Shown in pieces: positions 12,222 to 24,772 of a stretch of 64,000 nucleotides of DNA. Every line of letters begins with the position of its first letter. Position 1 is the first letter of the stretch. Position numbers and translations under genes: made by a program. Origin of the DNA: Nemertoderma westbladi (Eukaryota; Animalia; Xenacoelomorpha); NCBI GenBank assembly GCA_032718475.1, contig JAUCBJ010006630.1:1-64000 (forward strand), written 5' to 3'. The notes beneath the pieces were generated by a model, which was not told where the DNA came from, did no database searches, and saw only the letters and a program-made list of their open reading frames with translations.

Positions 12222-14880
12222 CAGCATGCATGGTAAAAGGGCAATACCTGTGACTAGAGTAAAATTAACCTTAGATACTCTTATTTATAAAGTGGAACAC
12301 AGCAAGGAGGAATGCTCACTACTTCCGGTAAGAAATTTGACCTTTGCAGCTAAGAAGGACTTTAGTATCTTGCTCGGCCCTGCGCCAGAGTAATCACTGG
12401 AAGACCGTAAGTATTTCCGATATCTTGGAATACCGAAATGTCCTGTTAATTATCGATCAATTGCAATGTTAATTGGGATGGATGAGTTTAACTTGCATCA
12501 AGTAGGGGAAATACGCCCATCTGTTATAACAGCGGGCAACCCTTACGCATGTAGAACTCCTATAGGTTGGTATACTAGAGCCCCTGTGCATTCACTAGAG
12601 GTAAGTGACCAGGAAGACGACGTATTGAGCACGTGTAGTTTGTTGACTACTACGATAGCTAATTATCCTTCACACTCCTGTGGTCCAATTGTACGGACAG
12701 TATTACAAAAGACTTGCGTCACGACTGACACTGACGTAACGGATCTGGACAAGACCACACGGACCTCTAACATACAGCTACTTGCAGCAAAACAGGTTGT
12801 ATCGACTACCAAAGACCAAAGGGTTGTCGCCATGGTTGACTCGATGAATGAGGGTTTCGGAAGTCTTGCGAGCCTACCGACAAATCCGAAGCTCATTGAC
12901 CCCATTCACCCAGCTTCGACACCGGTCGCTGATCTTGGAAGGCTTGCAAGCATACCGATAGATCAAAAGGTTGTCGAATTTCTTCAAAACTTTTCGATGC
13001 TGACTAGTGACAACAGAAGGCTTGCAAGTCTACCAGCCACATTGACACTAGCCACCGCAGTGGACGATGACATAGATGAGGACTATGGCGCAGTGCAAGC
13101 AGCGCTTGACCAACTGCTGACTGAGAAGACCATTAAATGGTCGGAACAGGACTCAGCAGAACCCGGTAGTTACGAGACCGCTATATCAAAACAGGAAAAA
13201 TGGTCATTAAAGATTATGAAGGATACCATTCGCCAGACCGCGAATGGCCACTATGAAGTTGGCATGTTGTGGCGCCATGGACAACCTAAGCTCGTTAACA
13301 ACTACCCGCTCGCTTTGAGACGACTTAAGACAATACGGCAGCGGCTGTTGCGTGATGAGACAGCCCATATGCAATACAATGTACAACTACAGACGTATCT
13401 CCAAAAGGAATATGCCATTAGGATGACAAATCCTGAGGTAACCACAGAACAAACATATTACCTGCCACATCATTTCGTTCAACACCCAGACAAACCTGGC
13501 AAGGTGCATGTAGTCAATGACTGCGCAGCACTTTACCAAGGGATGTCTATGAACAGCGAATTGATGGACGGGCTGAATATGAATAATTACCTCATGGGAG
13601 TCCTAATGCATTTTAGACAACGCAAGGTGGCCTTCACCTGTGACGTGGAGGCCATGTTTCACCAGGTTAAAACTTTGCAGTGGGACAGGGACATTTTGAA
13701 GTTTCTTTGGTACCCAGATGGAAATTTAGAACTTCCATCAGAAACTTACCAAATGCAGGTAAGAATTTTTGGGGCCTGGGACAGCCCCAACTGCACCATG
13801 TACGCCCTAAAGCAGACTGCATTAGACAGATGAGACCAATTTGACCCAGAAGTAGTTCAGACAGTGGAACAAGATTTCTACGTGGATGACGGCCTCAAGA
13901 GTCGTGTCCCTCTGGAGCGTGCTGCGTCCATAGCGCACCAACTCCAAAATTGTCTCGCCGAGGGCAGATTCCACCTTACAAAATTTGCTTCCAATAAACC
14001 CAAACTGGTAAACTCATTTGACCAAACGGATCGTAGTGGAGGTGACCTAGATTTAGACCTTGAATCTCTATCTACGACCAAGGTATTAGGACTTAGTTGG
14101 AACCCGAACACTGACAACTTTAGGGTGCGAGTAAGGTCCAATGACAAGACGAGACCTCTCACCAAGAGGACTTGCTGATCGACCATGAGTCGTCTGTATG
14201 ACCCACTGTGTTTCATTAGTCCAGTGATCCTACACGCTAGGATCATACTCCACAGCATTTGGCAAGCCGGACTGGAATGGGATGACCAGACCACATCCCA
14301 GAAGAGCTAGCTGAGCAATGGAGGGACTGGGAAGCCCAACTGACGTTCCTACAAGACTATACGATACCACGGGTATACTTTCCTTTACAGACCACCTTTC
14401 CTGCCGACTTGGAGCTTCACAGCTTCAGCGGCGCTAGTTAGGATGGGCTGGAGGTTACTCTATACTTCTGACGACAAGTGACTTTGGACAGCTACGAAGT
14501 GTCTCTCGTTACTTAAAGAGCAAAAACCATGCCATTGAAGTATATGACAGTACCTTGTGGTGAGCTACAAGCCGGGATGATATCCACCGATATTTCCAGT
14601 CTAGTTCAACGTGAGCTGGAAGCTAACTTGAAGGTAACATATTGGACTTATGCGACGTTAGTACTTTGGTACATAAATAACAAAACATTCAATTTCAAGA
14701 CTTTCATGGCTAACAGACGGGCTGAAATACTGGACCGGTCGCTCAAACAAAATTGGCGTCACTATCCAGGGAAACTGAACCCATCTGACATTGCATCACG
14801 GGAATGTTACCTATTGACTTTTATAAACCGGACAATATGTCATTTTGGTTTAAAGGACCTGACTTCCTACAGTAACCATC

Positions 14881-15026
14881 TACTAGGATCGGCATGCTGC
14901 ATTGCAGCTGCATGTTAAGAATGCTGTGCCGGCTTGTCAACAAAATTGCACCGCCACAACTCCCTATCACCCATGACATTTGCTAGATCATCCGCATCTT
15001 TAAGGCCAGTGTCCTTAAGGCCAGCG
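14881..15026 (-). mobile_element. Short 3' end of an RTE-like LINE inserted in E1 pol
   Basis: Reverse complement of about 38403-38534; ACCATC duplication at 14875-14880 and 15027-15032. Confidence 0.85.
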
Positions 15027-15164
15027 ACCATCAGACGAATGGCTACCATTATTCGATGCGACAACTAACACCATACCAGATGGTGCCGAGATAAAAATCA
15101 CAATGTTGTCAAATTGAAAGCGAAAGCCAACGCGAAGGTCAAGAGGAAACAAGGATGGACGAAA

Positions 15165-15420
15165 TCTGATGACCTGGACATTAGACCAGACATTACTCCA
15201 GACGTCTCACCAGACACTCGACCAGACGTACTGACGAATCTTTCGCCGGATGTTCCGCGGGAGACTTCTTCAGATGTTTCGCCAGATTGTTCACCAGATG
15301 TCTCACCTGATTATTCTCCAGAAGCGACACCAGATTGTTTTCCGGATTATTCGCGAGATTGCGTTTTGGAGCTCTCAACAGAATGTCTACCGGACATCCC
15401 ACCAGACTTTCCACCAGACA
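15165..15420 (+). repeat. Degenerate 12-bp coding repeat (PDxx)n in the RNase H-integrase linker
   Basis: RPDITPDVSPDTRPDV...SPDCSPDVSPDYSP in ORF 15114-15449. Confidence 0.75.
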
Positions 15421-17038
15421 GGTTGATATTATTAAACATTATCAATTGAGATATTTCGCACGAGAGTTCACAGCGATCAATCAGGGTAAACAGATCAAGT
15501 CTTCACCGATCTTGATTTGGAGTCCAATAATTTACAAAGGCTTACTTTGTCACAAGTCCAGAATCCAAAACATTGACTTTGCACTTGACTTTAGGTATCC
15601 TATCATCATACCGCAACACCACGAGTTACAGCATGCTATGATACTGAACACACACATACGACTCAAACACGTAGGTAGACACCACTGTCTATCACACTTA
15701 CGCTCGAGGTTTGTACTGATTCGGCCTAGTAAGGCATTGGGTTCAGTGACACGTAACTGTATTATTTGTAAGAAGGTGCACGTGAGGATAGGACACCAAG
15801 AGATGAGTGAACTACCATTAGCAAGGTTACAGGCATATAGACCCCCTTTCACTGAGACAGGGATAGACTGTTTTGGACCTATAATCTCGAAACGCGGAAG
15901 AGTACAGGTAAAATGTTGGGGATTAATCTTCACCTGCATGGCCAGCAGAGCTGTCCACATTGAACGCGTGACAGATTTAACCACCAATGACCAAACCACC
16001 AAACTTACGGCGATTTATCGCTAGACGTGGATTGGTCAAATCCATTTATTGCGACCAAGGGACTAACTTTGTGGATGCACGGAACGAAATCACCAGAGCC
16101 TTAAAGAGGTTGGACCAAAATCAAATTTCCGATGAACTACGCCCTTACAATATTGTCTGCAGCTTTAACACTTCTGACAGTCCGTGGAGAGGCGGAGTTT
16201 GGGAAAGACTGATTGGGTCAATCAAAACGGCTATGGCGAAAGTAATACCAACGCAACGCATCTTGACAGACGACCAACTGATGATGTTGTTAATAGAAAT
16301 CGAAGTGGTTTTGAACACTAGACCGATCGCTTTGATCCCAGACAACAATGACTCACAGTTTGCCTTGACACCAGCGCACCTGCTTATGCAGGCGCCGACG
16401 ACATTGTTGCCCACTTCGGTACCTGTTGATAGCGACGGATACGGCAACAAGGATTGAAAAATCACTCAGTTATCAGCCAACAAATTCTGGGAAATATGGC
16501 AGAAGTACTATTTGCCCTCTATTTCGGCCAGAACCTCTTGGTATCTTAATACCCAATGTCTAAGACGCGGTGATCACGTTTTATTGGCTGAAACCAATTT
16601 GAAACGACGGCTTTGGCTGACTGGAGTCATTTTGACCACACACCCAACATCTGGTGTAGTAAGGACAGTAACTGTACGGAATATTGACGGACGTACCATA
16701 GATAGGCCTGTACAACGTCTTGTGCTCCTTGAGGAGACTAGAAATGAGACGGGAGACTACAAATCTCTACCTAACCTCAGTAAATAGAGATGTGGGACCC
16801 TTGATAGTTTTGACTGTATTTTGGATTTTGTATTACTGTACATTTGTATTCTTCTTCACTGTAGATTAAAGACAGCAGTGGAATTCCATTGTCTTTATAT
16901 GTTAACATGGAAGGTATAACCCTTATGTATCACATCGGAGCGGGATAGTGTGTACAGTAGGAATGGAATTCCACTTGGAACCCACAAGTGAGACGTTTTT
17001 CAAAAATTATTAGATTTGATGGATTTAGTTGGATTTAA

Positions 17039-20000
17039 CCCTATTAGTACCGGGCTATAAAATGCTGTACAAATACCGGGGGGGGGGGGGGGGGGGGGTC
17101 ATAGTCGCCCTGCCCCCCCCCCCCCCCCCCCCCCTCTAAAATCTACAAATTTTTACGAAAACGACTGATGTTTTGTTTGTACGTAGGTATCACTAGTCTG
17201 GATCCGACCGAAAAAAAAATTTTCGAAAAAATGTACTGGGGTGGTTATATTGCAGCACAAAAATTACAAGTAGTGCACAATTTTCACAAAATTTGAAAGT
17301 TACTTTTTTCGGTTTTCAATTGTTTTTCAATACAGGTTTTCTGGGGCGCAAAATACATTGGAAAATATTTAAAAATGATATGATTTCTATAAATGGCTGT
17401 TTAGTCCTCTCTGAGTAGGAAAAAAATAAAAAAAAAACAAGTAACCAGCACTTTTCAGTTAGAACACAAAATGTTTAATTCACTTATACGATGCTATAAA
17501 TTCACATTTTCAGGTTTTCTAGGGTGCTGATTCTAATGGAATACATTTCTAATATGCCAGATTATAGCTACGTGTATTTTTCGGCGTAATTTGGAAAATT
17601 TTGGTGCTAGCACCAAATTTTGTACCCATCACCAAAATGTACAAGTTTACGATGTCCAGTGCTATTTTTATTGATTCCATCGGATTCAGGACCCTCATAA
17701 ACCCGTATAACGCAAGAAACTAGATGATTCTATCTACTGATAAATTTGGTTATTTTCCAAAATTTTCACCCACCGGCGAAAAATACAAGTTTGAAAACTC
17801 CTATGAAATTTTTACTGGTTCCATTGAATTCAGAACCCTCAAAAACCCGTATAACGCAAGAAACAAGGTGACACAATCAATTGATATATTTGATGGTTTT
17901 CAAAATTTGGTGCTAGCACCACATTTTGCACCCACTTCCGAAAAATACAAGTTTAAGATGTCTAGTTTGAAAATTATATATTCCATTGAATGCAGAACAG
18001 CAATAAACCTCTAAAACGCAAGAAATAAATTGTCACAAGCAATTTTATCTATTAAATGGATTTTAAAAATTTCGTGCTAGCACTAAAGTTTGCACACAGC
18101 ACCGAAAAATACAAGTTTGATACGCTTGGTGCAACTCGTATATATTCCGTCGAAACCAGAACCCCAAAAAACCGCAATTGCGTAAAAAAGAAGGTTCAAA
18201 CATTCAATTTATAAATTAACATATTTCAAAATTTGGTGCTGGCACCAAATTTGGCTCCCAAAGAAAATAACAAGTTTGAAATTTCTAAATCGATATATAT
18301 GAATTATATCCAATTGTTAACACCAAAAAACCGGTTTAAATCAAAAATAGAGATGTTACAATTCATATTTAATGAAATGTAATTTTAAAAAACGTCTCAA
18401 AAAAAGTGTCAAAAGTAGGGTTAAAAAATGGTACTATAACTCGAAAACTACTCAATATTTTTGAAAACGGTTTTCACTAGTAAGAAGACAATAGATATTT
18501 AGGAAAGGTCATAAAATTTTAGATTCCCAACTGCGTTTGTTTCAGAATTATAATAAAAAAACCACGAGGCTGGTCATATTGACACCCCCCCCCCCGTGTT
18601 TAACCCTATTAAACCCGGGGGGGGGGGGGGGGTCAATATGACCCCCCCGTTGTTTTTTTATTATAATTCTGAAACAAACGCAGTTGGGAATCTGACATTT
18701 TATGACTTTTCTTAAAAATTTATTGTCTTCCTAGTAGTGAAAACCGTTTTCAAAAATATTGGGTACTTTTCGAGTTATAGCACCATTTTTTAACCCTACT
18801 TTTGGCACTTTTTTTGAGACGTTTTTTGAAAATTACATTTCATTAAATATGAATTGTAACATCTCTATTTTTAATTTACACCGGTTTTTTGGTGTTAGAA
18901 ATTTGATGGAATTCATATAAATTGATTTAGAAATTTCAAACTTGTTTTTTTCGTTGGGTGCCAAATTTTGGTGCCAGCACCAAATTTTGAATTATGTCAA
19001 TTTTGTAAATTGATTGTTTGAAACTTGTTTTTTACGCAATTGGGGTTTTTTGGGGTTCTGGATTCGATGAAATATATACGAGTTGCACCAAGCGTATCAA
19101 ACTTGTATTTTTCGGTGCTGTGTGCAAATTTTGGTGCTAGCACGAAATTTTGAAAATTCATTCGATAGATAAAATTGCTTGTGACAATTTATTTCTTGCG
19201 TTTTAGAAGTTTATGGCTGTTCTGAATTCAATGGAATAAATAACTATCGAACTAGACATCTCAAACTTGTATTTTTCGGATGTGGGTGCAAAATGTGGTG
19301 CTAGCACCAAATTTTGAAAACCATCAAATATATCAATTGATTGTGTCACCTTGTTTCTTGCGTTATACGGGTTTGTGATGGTTCTGAATTCAATGGAATC
19401 AGTCAAAATTTCATAAGAGTTCTCAAACTGGTATTTTTCGCCAGTGGGTGAAAATTGTTGTGCCAGCACCAAATTTTGGAAAATATGCAAATTTATCAGT
19501 AGATAGTATCACCTTGTTTCTTGCGTTATACGGGTTTATGAGGGTCCTGAATCCGATGGAATCCATAAAAACAGCACTGGACATCGCAAACTTGTACTTT
19601 TGGTGATGGGTACGAAATTTGGTGCTAGCACCAAAATTTGACAAATTACGCCGAAAAATACAAGTATCAATGATCTGGAATATTAGAAATGTATTCCATT
19701 AGAATCAGCGCCCTCGAAAACCTGAAAATGTGAATTTATAGCATCGTATAAGTGAATTAAAAATTTTGTGTTCTACCTGAAAAGTGCTGGTTACTTGTTT
19801 TTTTCATTTTTTTCCTACGCAGAGAGGACTAAACGGCCATGTATAGTAATCATATCATTTTTAAATATTTTCCAATGTATTTTGCACCCCAGAAAACCTG
19901 TATTGAAAAATAATTAGCTGAAAATGTAACTTTCAAATTTTGTGAAAATTGTGCACTACTTGTAATTTTGGTGCTGCAATATAACCACCCCAGTACATTT

Positions 20001-20169
20001 TTTCGAAATTTTTTTTTTTGGTCGGATCCAGACAAGTAATACCTACGTACAAACAAAAAATCAGACGTTTTCGTAAATATTTGTAGATTTTAGAGGGGGG
20101 GGGTCAATATGACCCCTTCCCGGTATTTGTACAGCATTTTATAGCCCGGTACTAATAGGGTTAATAGGG
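17039..20169 (+). mobile_element. Non-autonomous TTAA-specific (piggyBac-like) DNA transposon, copy A (~1.56 kb, interrupted near its right end by copy B)
   Basis: TTAA at 17035-17038 and 20170-20173; termini CCCTATTA...TAATAGGG; subterminal poly-G/poly-C; ~120-bp internal subrepeats; no transposase ORF. Confidence 0.85.
18604..20160 (-). mobile_element. Same family, copy B, inverted, inserted into the TTAA inside copy A's right terminus
   Basis: TTAA at 18600-18603 and 20161-20164; the sequence is the reverse complement of 17039-18600. Confidence 0.85.
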
Positions 20170-20339
20170 TTAAATTTAAGAAAAACGATTCTCCAGTGGA
20201 CCGATTCTAGGATACGGATGGATAGAACCAAAATTGGTGATGGACAAGAGAGGATGGAAGGCTTGCTGGCCTACCGATATTTTTTTGGGAAATAATTCGG
20301 CCTTGTTCCATAGTCGTGTCAATTATTATATTTAGTCTG

Positions 20340-21000
20340 ATTAATTCTCTGCTGAATGACATTTGTGAGGACCCAGACACGGAGATACGCCAGTTATATC
20401 ACATGCTGCAATATTTGACGGCGAGTGAACCTGCCTGCAGCTAGGGACGAATTCGATGGGATGCATCTTTATAGACGCGCTCGAGGAGCGGATCCGGAGA
20501 CTAGGGAAGCGTACTCCATTTATAAACTGTTCTATAAATGTGGAGGATGTATGCGTGAGCAAGACAACGCAATTCCTATGTGCTTGAACACGCAGAACCC
20601 CGAGCCAATACTAGCACGATGTTCATACCACAAAAGTCTGCGTTACCAAGAATCCGTACCACTCGTTTAAGATGAGTGGACCAAACACGGGCGAGATTGT
20701 TATTTATGAACCCAAATTAGTCGAGCCAGACATCTACAGTTTGGTAGTAGACGAGTCACACATAAGTCGACACAGGAGAAACGGGAAGCATTAAGCCTCT
20801 ATAGGGTGTACAAGGTGTACTAGAAAGGCGAGATCGAGGAGTTCAGCGGAAGGCTCGCCATTTTATTGGATGTCCAATGATCAAACTGAACCTAGCGAGA
20901 TGACACCCGAACTCTTCGATAGTATAACCTTTGCTCAGCGTTTGACGCAGTGACTGCAGATACCACACGTCGAGATGACGCGAGAATCTCAACCCCATCC
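20340..21000 (+). pseudogene. E1 accessory module A (CxxC...CxxH), unknown function
   Basis: FDGMHLY...KLFYKCGGC...ARCSYHKSLRY; resembles E2 42739-43406. Boundaries approximate. Confidence 0.5.
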
Positions 21001-21534
21001 TACCAAGGCGATAGTACCGGTCGCGAGGAAAACCAGCTTTCCTACTAGCATACCGACCCGAGAGGAGACGACTTACAAGATCCCTATAGTAGAACACCCG
21101 GAGATCATTTTGAACCTGGATTTCTTGCCATCGGTAACATTTGGCGATGTGTTAGAGGCGGCGGAGTTGCATAGAACAACAGTTCAGAAAATTGTACGCA
21201 ACATGCCTCCACATATTACCGACTTTAAGGAAGTGGATCGCGTGGGGACGGATATTGTACCTTGCATCCTACGAAGACGATTTGATTGTGGATCGGAGTC
21301 GGCACATTCGAAACCAACACCGGCATTGCGATCAATTGGATGGGGAAACCTATTAGTTTTGATGACAAAAAGTCTATCGGGAGGATTTGGAACCCTACCG
21401 ACGATTTACTCAACAATTGGGACGCGACGAGTCAATCTCTTCGGGAGAATGGATATATGTTTTATGATAATGAAGGAGGAAGCAATCAACAGAGCCTCAC
21501 TTCAAAGACCATACAGATTTGAGCACCTGATGGA

Positions 21535-23027
21535 GTGCTACACATCTTCAGCCAACAGAGGAGTGATCGAAAGATGCCAATGCCGGAAGGAACGACACAG
21601 AGACACGCTATGATAAAACGGATAATTAAATCCATGGACCTAGCTTGTAGCATAGAGGCTAGGATGTTGCCAAAGGCCATGCGTGACGTTGTGCTTGACA
21701 CAAGTATTGTCAAGATCGGATCCAGTGTACGGGAGGACCTTATTAGCAACTTCGCAGGAATGCCCGAGGAGGAGGATCGATTGCCTACAACTTATGTGGA
21801 TACTAGACCATTGTTGCTTTGGGCCATTGAGCAAGGATATTTTCGATAATATAACACGCTAAAACTGGAACAGGTTATATATCTTATGTTTTGTTGAGAT
21901 TATAAAGAGAGCAATAGGAGCAAATACACAGACGCATACGGTGAGGGAGATACCCCTGGCGTAAACGAGTTTGAGTCACAGCTGAAGTGGCAAGGATGTG
22001 TATATTGTGTGATCACCTCACCTCCAGGAATAATCTTGCAATACTATTTGGCGATCAAATCATCAGTGACCGTGTGTTTCATCGCCGATGCAGTGTCTAG
22101 GACTCTAAAGTGGCATCCGTTATATCTCAGCGAAGGACATATAGTTTACAAGGGAGGTAGGACGCATACTGACGTATTCCGCTGATTTCTCCAACCATTT
22201 TACAACACCAATGCCCACTGTGAAGTTTTCAGAAGTGAAGTTAGGGATGTTTATCTCACTCATGCGGGAAGCCTAGTCGAAAGACCGTCGATATTGATGT
22301 TAGTACACTACGACGGGGAACGCCACGCGGAGATCAAAGGCCCGGAAGGATCCTGGAAGGCGCGCGCGTCTACTGCTCATCATCTCGATGAGGATCCGAC
22401 CTAATCTGCGACAATAGACGAACCGTTGCAGCAACTCATAGAGATAGAGGAGAATCGTCCGAGGAAGACGCAAACCGAAATACACAAGCTAGAGCGATGC
22501 CATGGTTTGTGTACAACCCACAGAGACAAACATACCAACTGACCCCGATGATGAAGATTATCACGAGGATGGTAGCGCTCGCCCCATCAGAGATCTCATC
22601 TATGAGCGAGTTTGGTATCCTTCTAACACAATTTGTGGCAGTTTATGGCATTTGGGCTACTGGCCATCACGCAAAGAAATATGGAGCTAAACATATATCT
22701 CTACCAGATTTAGTGTGCAACTGGTGTGGGGATCAATGGTCACACACTCTCTACACTTGCTGGCGTTTTGTAGCTCAATGCACGTATTGTAACATCAAAG
22801 GTCATAGGGCGTCTGAATGTCAACTTAGGGACATTCCCTATGAGCATATGTCGGTTAAGATCACCCGACAGCTATTTGACTATTGGGAGAATCTAGCATA
22901 TGAACATGTGTCGACGCAGCGACGCCGTTTTCCCATGAGATCGCATTTGGGATCTTGGGTCGTAAACCCACTCATCCTGTCAAAGGAGGGATACGTGTCA
23001 GCTATGCCTCAATACGACGAACTTTAG
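21535..23027 (+). pseudogene. E1 accessory module B (unknown N-terminal domain + double CCHC knuckle), disrupted
   Basis: PTTYVDTRPLLLWAIEQGYFR, IADAVSRTLKWHPL, CNWCGDQWSHTLYTC, CTYCNIKGHRASEC; colinear with E3 54961-56373. Confidence 0.7.
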
Positions 23028-23287
23028 AGAACTTTAGAACTCTAGATATATTGCCATTGGATAGCGGCTTCAAAGTTGTTAGAGACTGCTTTCTACAAGT
23101 TCACCCTGATAACAAGAACACCTGAAACCTTCAGACTGTGGTAAACAAGATTACTGCTGGAGAGTTCGATTAATTGCGAGTCAAACAGCGGAATCGGGGA
23201 GCCTGGCATTCGATAGCTTGGGCTTACAGGAGCGCATTTTATCACAAACGCGTGACTTGTGTATCTTAGGCGAGGCAGACGTCTTGC

Positions 23288-23818
23288 ATGAGACTGGCTT
23301 CAAGGCCACACCATTACCCGAAAGAACACGCCACCCTCAAGAAGACCCGCAGTTTCGTATTTTTAGAGCCCAGAAGGCCTGACAAGAGATCAAGAAAGAT
23401 AGTGAATGTCGCCGAAAGAACGACATCAAAGTCGCAGATCCGGATGACTTGGGGCACGGTTTCCCTTCCTAGAGAACCACGAGGAGGGACAGGATATGCT
23501 TTGCCAGAACCTATGAGGATTCAGACAACATCGGAGCGTGAGGTGTCAGCGGACGGAACGGTCCCGCCCCTTAGACTCCCTCCTAGCGTTGCGGAGACTC
23601 AGTCCGACACCACTAAGCTCATGATTGGGATCGGACGAGGATTTAGAGGATTGATCGCCCGACGGATGTGCAAGATACCAGTTGTTCCTTTTGCTAGTGT
23701 TTTAGAACCGCAGACAGCTCGACGCCGAAACCCGAGCCTGGTTCGATCTCGACCACCACCCAGTCGTCTTAGAGGGCGGGGAAGAGCTCGTTCGACGAAG
23801 GATAGAGGAGCGAGGTAG
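23288..23818 (+). CDS. E1 Arg-rich accessory ORF, unknown function
   Basis: 176-aa basic ORF just upstream of the 3' UTR; same position as the basic tails of E2 and E3. Confidence 0.4.
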   Translation: MRLASRPHHYPKEHATLKKTRSFVFLEPRRPDKRSRKIVNVAERTTSKSQIRMTWGTVSLPREPRGGTGYALPEPMRIQTTSEREVSADGTVPPLRLPPSVAETQSDTTKLMIGIGRGFRGLIARRMCKIPVVPFASVLEPQTARRRNPSLVRSRPPPSRLRGRGRARSTKDRGAR

Positions 23819-24502
23819 AGGAAGAAAGGCTTGCGAGCCTACCGTTGGAGTTTGAATTGGTGTTGGAGTTGGAGAGCGTGATGGAGAAAGGAAGGCTTGC
23901 TAGCCTACCATAAGCAATCAGCGCTCAGGAGAAGATATCTGGACCAGTAGGACGAACTTTACAGCTCATCAGGAGAACACTTTAGAACAATTTGGAACTT
24001 ATTTGAAAGTGTTTTAGCGTATTACTTTGATCTTATCAATCTTAAATAATTTGTAAATTTGAATTATATTGTATATTACATTATGAAAGCGTTTCAATTG
24101 TTTGTCTTAATTTGTTAATTTGTTTATTATGAGAACTGAAAACCCTTTTTTTATATTTTATGTACTAAATTAGGTAATGAATTTGTATTTTGTATTTGTA
24201 TGTATGAAGGTTTTATAATTACGTAGTATTTGGAATATTGGGTATGCAATATGTAGAGACAGTGATTATTTTAAATTTTAGGCCCCATCCTAGATTTAAG
24301 AGATGTTTTAGTTAATTATTTGTGTGTATCAATTGGTGAAAACAGTCTTATTTACAGTTTTCATGGAGCGGTGATGGATTATTTCACTGTTAAGTAGTAA
24401 TCTACAGTACCATGTAAAAACTTTCTAATCCGACGTAATTTTGACTTAATTTGTAGTAATGTAATATGCCTATTCCTATTAGTAGGTATTAGTTCATCAG
24501 TG

Positions 24503-24585
24503 ACTCTATTGGCGCAGTGGTCAGATGGGTTAAGGCATTGGTTATATTCTAAGTAGGTTATGGGTTCGAATCCCGGTCGGGAATT
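24503..24585 (+). promoter_or_regulatory. tRNA-derived Pol III A/B-box module inside the E1 LTR
   Basis: A box TGGCGCAGTGG (24510-24520) and B box GGTTCGAATCC (24563-24573); no full cloverleaf. Confidence 0.6.
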
Positions 24586-24629
24586 TGCATTGTTGGGCTA
24601 TTAATTTTCGATTTCATCGAACTAGATAA

Positions 24630-24772
24630 GCCAATGAGATTGGTACAACACATAGAACGATGGGTTGGGCCAATCATAGAGCATCGAACATCTTATTGCT
24701 CCAATGTGAGGCCATGTAATGTTATAGAATGTTCTAGCTAATTCCACGTCCCAGATTTGCTATATAAAGGGC
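24630..24772 (+). promoter_or_regulatory. Probable Pol II promoter of the E1 LTR
   Basis: Clustered CCAAT/ATTGG boxes (about 24631, 24639, 24670, 24701) followed by TATATAAA at 24761. Confidence 0.55.

Larger units (their letters stand above)
12466..16787 (+). pseudogene. E1 pol (RT, RNase H, integrase), disrupted
   Basis: YYLPHH, CDVEAMFHQV, FYVDDGL, KVLGLSW, WRHYPGKLNPSDIASR, GIDCFGP, CDQGTNF, PWRGGVWERL, RPVQRLVLLE. Confidence 0.95.

Noticed and set aside
17724-19644. ORFs within the TTAA elements as a transposase
   Set aside because: Short frames over ~120-bp subrepeats; no DDD catalytic motifs.
24503-24585. Functional tRNA gene
   Set aside because: A and B boxes are present but acceptor and anticodon stems do not pair.
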